In this document: piece by piece, positions 45,488 to 54,600 of the stretch
Position numbering within the stretch: position 1 is the stretch's first letter
How the letters are laid out: each line of letters begins with the position of its first letter
IMG/VR virus record: IMGVR_UViG_3300027759_000079
Location: 4,850 to 68,849 of that record
Direction: 5' to 3' (one strand)
DNA: 64,000 nucleotides
Source: a virus
Notes under the pieces: model-generated
Seen by the model: the letters and a program-made list of their open reading frames with translations, nothing else
Database searches by the model: none
Told to the model about the DNA's origin: nothing
Program-made: the position numbers and the translations under genes

Positions 45488-47050
45488 ATGTCAAGGGAAT
45501 CTAATCATAAAGCTAATTCGGAGTTATTTTCGCTGGAACCAACAGCGTTGTTGGAATTCTTCGTGATTTATTATGATTACGTTAATATGCCAGATGAGAA
45601 GCTTTACATTCATGGCGGCACTAATGGAATAAACGGCTCAATCTATTGGCAAGGAGAAGAATATGTACCTTTTCCTATACAAAGTTCAGGTTTTGAGAGT
45701 AAAGGCGATGGTTCTCTTCCTAGACCAAAGTTAATGGTATCTAATCAGGACTTTTTCATGTCCAACTTGATTAGAAGATACAACAATCTTGCTGGTGCCA
45801 AGATAGTTAGAAAAAGAGTATTCCTTAAGTTCTTGGATAACAGAAACTTTTCTGAACAGCGTAATCCTTATGGAACTGCCGATGCTAATGCTGGTTTAGA
45901 AGATCAAGTATTTTTCATTTTAAGAAAATCGAGCGAAAACAGAGCTGTTGTTGAATTTGAACTTAGCTCTCCACTTGAGTTAGAACACGTTACGTTTCCG
46001 AAACGTATCGTTATGGCTCGTTATTGCTCTTTTCATTACAGAGGTAACGGTTGTCGTTATATGGGTGCGCCAGTAGCTAATGAATACGACCAAAGATTAT
46101 CTACGGTAATGGATTTACGAAATGGTATTCTTAAAAGAAAATACACTAATACTGTATTACCTCCTTTAGCTGGTGATCCAGCTGTTGATGTTCTTGAAGA
46201 TTATCCAGATTTCTTTGTGACAGATTTACGCGATTCTATTTACGTTAATTCTTCGGAAGAAGTTTTGTCTGATGTTGTTGTTTCAGTGGCGACTCAAAAA
46301 TGTTTTACTGAGTTTTATGGGTTTTTCAAAGTTGATCGCGGAGAAAATGGGAGCTATTCTTTTGGGGTTGATGTCGATGATTCGGCGGAAGTATATATTG
46401 ATGGAGTTAAAGTAGCTTATAAATATGGAACAGGCTCAATGAGAAACGAGAATTTACCTAGTCTTTTTAACGTAGTTGTTTCTAGTCCAAATTTAGGAGT
46501 AGGCTACCACAATATTTTAATCAAACATTATAATTATTTAGGTGGAAATGGCCTTGATTTATATTATCAAACAGGAACTAATTTAGGAACAGCAACTTGG
46601 ACAAAGATTCCAACTACTCGTTATTATTATGACGCGACAGATTCTGGAAAACTTTCTTCAGGACAAAAATTTACATTTGACGCTTCCTTAAATAAATCAG
46701 TTGGAAATGATAGAGCTACTTTATTATCAGCAAAGAATGAATTAAGATGGAAGAACAATGGAAATGCTTATAAAGTTGGTGATTTCGTATATAGAGAAAC
46801 GAGCAATATAAAAGTTTCTAAAAGTGATATTAACGAAGTCCCAAATTGGGAGCCGCTTATGAAAGTTTACGTTTGTTTGAAAAACCATACATCAGCGCCT
46901 AATAAAGATCCATTCTTTAATAAAGAACATTGGGTTGCTGATCAATGCTCTAAAACTCTTACTGGATGCAAAATGAGATTTGGAAACGAAGGATCGCTTC
47001 CTTTTGGCGGGTTCCCCGGTACAGAAGAATACAGCATTAACGGACAATAA
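45488..47050 (+). CDS. tail tip protein L (lambda gpL-like) with PA14 insertion
   Basis: WQGEEYVPFPIQSSGFE..G.LPRPKL, ELSSPL, CSFHYRGNGC, DQCSKTLTGCKMRF, FGGFPG. Confidence 0.9.
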   Translation: MSRESNHKANSELFSLEPTALLEFFVIYYDYVNMPDEKLYIHGGTNGINGSIYWQGEEYVPFPIQSSGFESKGDGSLPRPKLMVSNQDFFMSNLIRRYNNLAGAKIVRKRVFLKFLDNRNFSEQRNPYGTADANAGLEDQVFFILRKSSENRAVVEFELSSPLELEHVTFPKRIVMARYCSFHYRGNGCRYMGAPVANEYDQRLSTVMDLRNGILKRKYTNTVLPPLAGDPAVDVLEDYPDFFVTDLRDSIYVNSSEEVLSDVVVSVATQKCFTEFYGFFKVDRGENGSYSFGVDVDDSAEVYIDGVKVAYKYGTGSMRNENLPSLFNVVVSSPNLGVGYHNILIKHYNYLGGNGLDLYYQTGTNLGTATWTKIPTTRYYYDATDSGKLSSGQKFTFDASLNKSVGNDRATLLSAKNELRWKNNGNAYKVGDFVYRETSNIKVSKSDINEVPNWEPLMKVYVCLKNHTSAPNKDPFFNKEHWVADQCSKTLTGCKMRFGNEGSLPFGGFPGTEEYSINGQ

Positions 47051-47051
47051 T

Positions 47052-47414
47052 ATGAAATCTATAATTGATCACGCAGCCACATCTGACCTTGAAGTTTGCG
47101 GATTCATCTGCATGGAAGATGGCAAAGTGGTAACTGAGCCAGCAAAAAATATCGCTATCTACGAAAATAACTTATTTGAGATTCACCCATTAGAGGTTGT
47201 AAAGAAAATCAGAAGCGGCAAGTTGATGGCAATCTATCATACTCATCCTTCATCTGGAGAAGAGGAATCTAAGTTTGATAAATTTAATTGCGAAAATTCT
47301 TGTGTTCCGTATCTAATCTATAGCAAGCAAACAGAGAAGTTTAATCTTTTAACGCCAAAGATTCCTCATGTTAGTAAAGAGTACATTAAAGTATTAAAGG
47401 AGATGTATGACTAA
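47052..47414 (+). CDS. tail assembly protein K-like, JAB/MPN domain only
   Basis: EVCG...YHTHP..ESKFD; no NlpC domain. Confidence 0.8.
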   Translation: MKSIIDHAATSDLEVCGFICMEDGKVVTEPAKNIAIYENNLFEIHPLEVVKKIRSGKLMAIYHTHPSSGEEESKFDKFNCENSCVPYLIYSKQTEKFNLLTPKIPHVSKEYIKVLKEMYD

Positions 47415-50169
47415 TATATACTTGCATGGAGAATTGAGAAATCTTTACGGCGAACATTTTAAGCTGAACATTGAATCAGCGAAAGATACTTTTCGTGCAA
47501 TCAATTCTAATAGAAAAGGTTTTATTACTACCGTTAAAAAATTAATGGGGAAAGGTGTTTATTATAGAATAATTATTGATGACGAAGTATTAAGTGATTC
47601 CAAAGAGCTGGGAATACAAAAAATCCCACAAGAAATACATATTGTTCCTGTGGTTTGGGGAGCTGGAAGTAACGGAGGAATGCAAATTTTATTAGCGGCG
47701 GTTCTAATTGCGACGAGTTTTATCGTTCCGACAAATTTTGCTTTTGCTATAAACGCTTTAAGAATGGTGGGAGCGGCTCTAGCTGTTCAAGGCGTTATGA
47801 CGCTTTTGTATCCACCAGCAAAACCAGATTTTAATCAAGAAGTGTCTGCTGGTGGTAAATCTTATCTTTTCGGAAGCAAACCGGGCAACGCGTCTCAAGG
47901 CCAAGCTGTTCCAGTTGGATATGGCAGATTACTAATTCAATCTTCTCAAATAAGCGCAACAGCTAACCATTATCCATTAGCAACAGACATTAAAAAATTA
48001 ATGGCTCCTACTGATATGCCAGTAAGCGATTATACCGAAATTATCGCTAATGACGAAGCTCCTTCTCCTTATGGGTTAAGCGTAGATGGATTCTCTACAA
48101 ACCAAGCTACAGACCTAGGAGACAGTCAAATCTTCTCTTCTATCAATTTAGTTAATTCTTATATTAATATACTTACAACTAGCGTGGGCAAAGTAGCGAG
48201 TGATCCTGTTGAAGTTGTTGTGAAAACCAATGGAGAAGTAGTATCAAATCCAAATTTAGATACATACGATCAAGATATTAGTTACGAATGGAAAGAGATT
48301 TCTGCAACTACGCCCGGTGCTATTAAGATGGAAACTGCGTACGCTTTCAATGATGGATTAGTCTATCGTTCTTATGATCCATTATCATTTAGATTAAAAA
48401 CAAATTTAGGAACAGGAGATTTAAATACTCAGCCAAATTATTTCAATGTTTATGAAAGCGGGTCGTTAGTAAAATGGGGTCCAACTGAATTTAATGATTT
48501 ATCTATTGGAGATTGGGATAAAGATTACCTATTCAAGAAAAAAGAATTAACAAATTATCAAGATCGTTATTTCTCTGCCGTAAGAGATTCGATGGGTAGA
48601 GCTGCGATTAGCGGAGCCTCTAGAGCTGGAAGCGTAGTGACGGTAACTACGCAAAACTCTCATGGATTTTTGAATAATATCAACGTCGATTTATTTGAAT
48701 TAATAGGAACTGGAACAAATACCTCCTATGCTAACGGAACGCATTTGATATCTGTTACAGGAACAGGAACAGGACAAACTAATTTTACATTTAGTATTTC
48801 TGGTGCAAGCGGATCTGAAGTATATTCGACATCAACAGGTTCTTATGCTGTAGCTACAGAACAGATAGCTCCTTTAAGCGGATCAACAGTAATTACTGGA
48901 TTTTGGTCAGAAATACAAAACCCATCCAGTCAATATATATACAAAGCTTTAAAAATAAATACTGGAGTCATTCCATCTTTAGATCCTACAGGATGGAGCT
49001 TGGTGACATCTCCTTTAGCAGAAACAGGGTTTGACGCGTTAACTAATAGTTTTCCTGCATTTTCAACACAAGGTATTTATGTTGGAGACGTTAATCAAAC
49101 AAATCTTCAAACTATAATTAACTCTGATGTAGATAGAAACTCAGTAGATAACTATATGATGGAGTTTTATGGTTACTTATATGTAGAAATGAATCAAGAT
49201 AAAGTTATTGACATTGTCGATGCACAATCAGGAGTAACTTACGAAATAACAAAAATAGGATCAACTGGTCAATGGGCAACTATCGGATTAACTGGATCAG
49301 GAAGTGCGCCGATTATGCCTGAACTTGGAATGACTTTTGTTAAAAATGCAACAGCAGCTTTGACAGCAAGCAATGGAAAAGTTTATCCTGTAAGAAAATT
49401 TAACTTTAAAGTAGATTCTGATGATGCTGGCGATCTTCATATAGACGGACAGTTAGCTAGCTCGTATTACAATTCGCATGGATTTGCTTTAAATAATGTT
49501 CCAGCTCCAGCAATCGCGGATATACCATCGACAACAACTGAAATAATGTTAACCGCAGGTTTCCATAGTTTAAATGCTAGATTCCAAGATGGAATTGGTT
49601 CTGACGGATTGAGTATTTATTATAGATCAAAACTTGATGGAGAGTCGTATTCACAATACGAAGTATTACCGTCTTCCGTTTTAAAGCATAGATCTTATAA
49701 TGATTTGTCTCAAAAGAAAAATGTTAAATTCTCAAACAAGAGGACTTTGATTGCGGCTTCTTCTATGGTGGCTGGTAAAAAATATAAAATTGTTACATTA
49801 GGAAGCGTTAACTGGAGTTCTATAGGAGCGAGTTCTCCAGCAATAGGAAGCGTATTTTACAGAAACAATACAGCGATAACTGGTTCTGGAGGATATGTAT
49901 TTGAAGATTTGTTTAGTTATTCTCAGTATTCTTCTGCTGAATTTAACCGATTAGTTAGATTCACGGCTGAAAGACCAAGCTCTGATTTATCTACATCTGC
50001 AAAATCTGGTTTGTCAATATATAAAGCAAAGTGGCAATGTATCGCTAAAATCGGAACATCTAAAACCATCTATTCTTCGCCAGTAAAAATAGATGTAAAG
50101 TTCTTAAATTCCAATACTCAAAAATCATTACAGTCTTCTGTAAGCGATTCCAGACTGATAGGCGAATAA
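47407..50169 (+). CDS. tail assembly protein I-like with long C-terminal extension
   Basis: IYLHGEL, IHIVPVVWGAG, SYLFG..N...QGQAVPVGYGRL, then ~700 aa of adhesin-like domains. Confidence 0.8.
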   Translation: MTNIYLHGELRNLYGEHFKLNIESAKDTFRAINSNRKGFITTVKKLMGKGVYYRIIIDDEVLSDSKELGIQKIPQEIHIVPVVWGAGSNGGMQILLAAVLIATSFIVPTNFAFAINALRMVGAALAVQGVMTLLYPPAKPDFNQEVSAGGKSYLFGSKPGNASQGQAVPVGYGRLLIQSSQISATANHYPLATDIKKLMAPTDMPVSDYTEIIANDEAPSPYGLSVDGFSTNQATDLGDSQIFSSINLVNSYINILTTSVGKVASDPVEVVVKTNGEVVSNPNLDTYDQDISYEWKEISATTPGAIKMETAYAFNDGLVYRSYDPLSFRLKTNLGTGDLNTQPNYFNVYESGSLVKWGPTEFNDLSIGDWDKDYLFKKKELTNYQDRYFSAVRDSMGRAAISGASRAGSVVTVTTQNSHGFLNNINVDLFELIGTGTNTSYANGTHLISVTGTGTGQTNFTFSISGASGSEVYSTSTGSYAVATEQIAPLSGSTVITGFWSEIQNPSSQYIYKALKINTGVIPSLDPTGWSLVTSPLAETGFDALTNSFPAFSTQGIYVGDVNQTNLQTIINSDVDRNSVDNYMMEFYGYLYVEMNQDKVIDIVDAQSGVTYEITKIGSTGQWATIGLTGSGSAPIMPELGMTFVKNATAALTASNGKVYPVRKFNFKVDSDDAGDLHIDGQLASSYYNSHGFALNNVPAPAIADIPSTTTEIMLTAGFHSLNARFQDGIGSDGLSIYYRSKLDGESYSQYEVLPSSVLKHRSYNDLSQKKNVKFSNKRTLIAASSMVAGKKYKIVTLGSVNWSSIGASSPAIGSVFYRNNTAITGSGGYVFEDLFSYSQYSSAEFNRLVRFTAERPSSDLSTSAKSGLSIYKAKWQCIAKIGTSKTIYSSPVKIDVKFLNSNTQKSLQSSVSDSRLIGE

Positions 50170-50172
50170 TAC

Positions 50173-51066
50173 ATGAAAATACTTAATCCATATAGATTTT
50201 TCAAAGGAGCATTTGGCTCTGGAACTGACGCCGCCACTCCAAAATTAATACCGCCCCGCGAACAAAACGGTCTTTTAAAATCAATATCTATATTTGAGTG
50301 TGTTGATTTGCTTTGCGAAGGTCCAATTTATGGATTGGTTGATCAATTTGGCAAAAAAATATATGGTTTAGATATGCTAAAAGGAATTTATTTGAACGAT
50401 ACTCCTGTTATGAATTATAAAGGAGAGTATAATTACAGAAATGTAATGATGGAAATCAACTTTGGAACTGAAAATCAAAAACCGTTAAATAATTTCAAAA
50501 AAGTATATATAGCTCGTCCAGCTAATTTTAAGTTACTAGGCCCAATCTCTAATACAGATACAGGAGCTGAAGCTGCTTTGAACAATAGACCAGGTGGTAA
50601 TTTCGTTAATTGGGCAAAAAGTAGTGATGGCTGGCCTAGCGAAAACCAAGATCCTTTTGTATTTATTCATAAGATAAAGAATAAAGACGTTAAGAAGTTA
50701 AAAATTAGCTTATTAATAGAGCAGTTATTCGATACAGTGAGCGAGGGGAACGATACAAACGGAGGATTGGGCACAAATAAAGCTACTAATTTAGAAATAA
50801 ATATTAAATTTGGATTAGATGGCGGACTTATTCTTGGTAATAGAAATATAGTTATCAATGGTTTTGTCAATTCTCCATACGGATTAATGATCGGAGACGG
50901 CTCAAGCATGGGTGTTGGAGGAAGTCTTAATAGAAATATCGGAGTTGGAACTATGTCAGGAAATGATGGAAATGGACCATCAGCGGGTGGTTCATTACCT
51001 AACGATACCACAAGAAATTATTGGGATGATTATTTAAGAGATCAATGGAAAGTAGGAGAACCGTAA
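50173..51066 (+). CDS. tail tip protein J, N-terminal part
   Basis: VDLLCEGPIYGLV, IYLNDTPV, FGTENQ. Confidence 0.8.
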   Translation: MKILNPYRFFKGAFGSGTDAATPKLIPPREQNGLLKSISIFECVDLLCEGPIYGLVDQFGKKIYGLDMLKGIYLNDTPVMNYKGEYNYRNVMMEINFGTENQKPLNNFKKVYIARPANFKLLGPISNTDTGAEAALNNRPGGNFVNWAKSSDGWPSENQDPFVFIHKIKNKDVKKLKISLLIEQLFDTVSEGNDTNGGLGTNKATNLEINIKFGLDGGLILGNRNIVINGFVNSPYGLMIGDGSSMGVGGSLNRNIGVGTMSGNDGNGPSAGGSLPNDTTRNYWDDYLRDQWKVGEP

Positions 51067-51067
51067 T

Positions 51068-51631
51068 ATGTCTATTCAAAAAACACAAGCAGAGGTTGTA
51101 GCGTTAGGAATTAGCCCAAGAAATTATTCAGCTATACTATCTACTATATATGATTTAAACGATAAAGCGGTAAGCAATTATGTTCCAACAGCTCCAAATA
51201 CTATTGTATATACAAATTCTGTTGTTGGAGACGGAGCTTCATATAAAACGTTTAATGCGTTAGCTGCAAACTCATTTGTTAAAGGAAGTTCTATAACTGT
51301 TTCAGGAAGAGCTAGTTATTTTATTTATAGTGGATATACAACTATTTCTCAAAAAGCTGCTATTAAAGTAGTCGCTGAAATTGATTTCGGTCGTTCTTCG
51401 TCCACTTATCAAACTTATACTTGGGAAATGTTGGCGAGTGAAATTGTTACTGAAGGAAATAATGTAGGAACATTTTCTTTTCAAATACCATCCGAAATTA
51501 CCAGTAAGCTAGCAGTAGCAGACGATCATTATTTAGCTATTTGGGCTACATCGCCAGACAATGCGTTTGTAAAATTAACGGCAAGTGGAACTACTAATAA
51601 TGCAAGAAAATTTGCAATAACAGCATCTTAA
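51068..51631 (+). CDS. hypothetical virion protein between the two J halves
   Basis: 187 aa, Ig-like beta pattern (ITVSG, GTFSFQIP). Confidence 0.55.
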   Translation: MSIQKTQAEVVALGISPRNYSAILSTIYDLNDKAVSNYVPTAPNTIVYTNSVVGDGASYKTFNALAANSFVKGSSITVSGRASYFIYSGYTTISQKAAIKVVAEIDFGRSSSTYQTYTWEMLASEIVTEGNNVGTFSFQIPSEITSKLAVADDHYLAIWATSPDNAFVKLTASGTTNNARKFAITAS

Positions 51632-51645
51632 AAATATAATAATTT

Positions 51646-54600
51646 ATGTCAGACGATCCAAACGAACCACAATCGACCGAGACAAGCCCAATTACACAGA
51701 ATGAAATGCTATCTGCTGACATTGTGCTGCCTCCGTCTGTAAACGGAAGAGATCGTTTCATTTTGATAGAAAAGAAATCGCCAGAAACTATTAATCCTTT
51801 GGTCAAAAGAGAAGTTAGCGTAGAAGCTGTAATTGAAGTTATAGATAGAAATTTCTCTTATCCAATGGCCGCTCACGTTGGATTAAAATTTGATTCTAGA
51901 ACGTTTTCTAGTATTCCTTCAAAAAAGTTTGATGTCAAAATGAAGAAGGTTAAAGTTCCTTCTAATTATTATCCGACAGGAGGCAACGGTTTAGATAGAA
52001 GATATGTTTATCCAAATCCCGATTATGACGCAGACCCAAATACATTAGACGTTGTATTTATGGTTGATCAAAATATGAATTTTGCAACCAGAGCTTTATT
52101 AAAAAGAAACTTAAAAGATATAATTTCTAAATTAATTTCTGGATATAAATACACAAGAGCTTCTATCTGGCAAACATCGAACGGAACCAACACGACAATT
52201 AACGAAAAAACAGGAGATATAATTAATAACTTTACCTTTTTTTCAGATGATGGAGCGTTCTTTGAAATTGAAACTCCTGATTCTGATGGGGCAAATAATA
52301 CAAATCTTTACAAAAAATTGTTCGATGCTTTAAGCTCAACTCAAATTTCTACAAATCCAGATGAAACTATTATTGCTAATTACTTTTTAAGAAAAACTCA
52401 ATTTAGTATTACAGATACAGTAGGACAATCGAGCGAAGGATCAACTTTAAAACACGTTTGGGAAAATACTGTTAGAAAGGTTATTTATTTTTCTGGATCA
52501 ACTCCAGAAACAATGAGCGAAAATACTTATGATACGCTGTTATCTCATGCAAGAGAAAGCTGCATTAATATTTATTACTTTCATAACGATTCAGATTTTT
52601 CTGGCACAAGAACTTTAAGAGAACTCGCGGAGGACACAGGAGGAGCAAAGTTCTGTATGCTTCATGATTCAGACGTTAAATTAACTCAGTTCTGTGACAA
52701 TAACTTTTACGACAGTAATAAGATATACTATGGAGATTGGGACGGAACATTTAAGATCGCTTGGACAGATAATCCTGCTTGGGTATTGTATGACATTATT
52801 ACTGATCCTAACTATGGATTAGGTAATTATATTGATTCTAAAGCCGTAGATAAGTGGACTCTTTATGATATTGGTCGTTATTGTGATTGCGTTGATGATG
52901 ACGGAAGATTTAGAGGAGTTCCAGATGGCAAAGGCGGATTAGAGCCAAGATACACTTGTAACATTATCTTCTACAACAAAGATGAAGCTTACAATGTATT
53001 GAAAGATATTTCTGCTGTATTTAAAGGCATCTTGTATTGGACGACAGAAGGCTTTTCATTCTTTGCTGATATGCCGAAACAAGCTGTAATGCAGTTCGCC
53101 AATTCTTCAGTAAAAGATGGAGTTTTTAATTACGAAGATACTGCTAAAAATTTACGTTACACATGTGTAGAAATTACTTATAACGATAGATATGATTTTT
53201 ACAAACCAAAAGTAGAATACGTCGAAGATTCGGAAGGTATAGTCAAATATGGATTAAATCCGTTTAAAGTTAATGCCGCTGGATGCACCTCTAGATCAGA
53301 AGCGAAGCGCATAGGAAGATACGTTATGTCAACTTCTATGCACGAATCAGAAGTAGTAAACTTTACCGCAGGTATAGAAGGCTCTTATCTCCAAATCGGA
53401 GATTTATTTACGATAAGCGACGAAATTAAAAATGTCGCAAGAACGTTTGGAAGAATTCTCGATGTAGATTCAGCTAACAAAACAATCAAAATTGATGGTG
53501 AGTTCCAACAAGGATTATCTTCTGGTATATTTGTTCACATTCCATCTGGAAATTATAAAGTATCTGATTTAAATGCGCTTAATGATTCTGATGGTAATTT
53601 TACTGGAACTTTAGAAAACATCAGAGCTAGACGCCAAAGTCAATTAAAACAATTAAATATTAAACAAGTCCAAGATGATACATACGGATGCACTTTGACT
53701 GTTACTGGTAATTTCTTAATGGATTCTGTAATTACAGACGTTCATTTGGAAGAAGGAAGACTTTCTGGTGCTGTTACAACTGGAGATAGCGTTTTAACAG
53801 GAATCGTTTACAGATTTCCAGAAAATACAATAGCTGATGGAAATCCAACTTGGGACACTTTATCTTATCAACAAGTAACTGGAGTATTTAATGAAGTTGG
53901 GCTTGATGTTGACTTAATTGGAGAAGCTGGAACAGGTCAATTAATTGCTCCTGTGTCAAATAACTGGCTGGGCAAAATAGACTATAAGCTTAATGGATCG
54001 AATTCATTCTTTTATGCAAATGGCTCCGCTCAAGTAGAAGTAAATACTAATGCTGTCGCTATTGCAGAAATATCTGCTACTAATGGTTCTAGAATTAACT
54101 CTGCAACAGTATCTAATTTAGATGATGTATGGGGTTCTTCTATATATACATCTGCGGTAACTGGCAATGTAATAGCTATATTCACAAGAGGTCCGGTTGT
54201 TAGTAATTCATACGCCGCTTCTAACGCTAATTGGAAAAATCTTGCAGCAACAGAGGTATTCAAAATTGGTAAAAATATATCTGCAACTTCGACTTCTTTC
54301 GGATATGCGGCTGCATTTGTCAAAGGTGGATACAGAATTATTGAAAGAGCTTCTAAAAATTTGAGTGATCAAGGAAGTTTGACGTTCTATTATAGAGATT
54401 TGTTAGCTTTAAGTAAGCTGCGCCCATACTACACAATCTCTCAGGCTGACATTGGAAATAATCAAGCAACGAATCTTAAAGATTGGACATTTGATTTCGC
54501 ATACAAAGTTGGAGACAGAGTAAAGAATAATGGAAATGTTTATTTGTGTGTTCAAGATCATAAATCGCCAACTACATTTGAAGTTGGGAATAAATGGACT

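Noticed and set aside
51000-51700. Simple frameshift or pseudogene explanation for split J
   Set aside because: An intact, tightly packed 187-aa ORF lies between the halves and both halves have clean starts and stops
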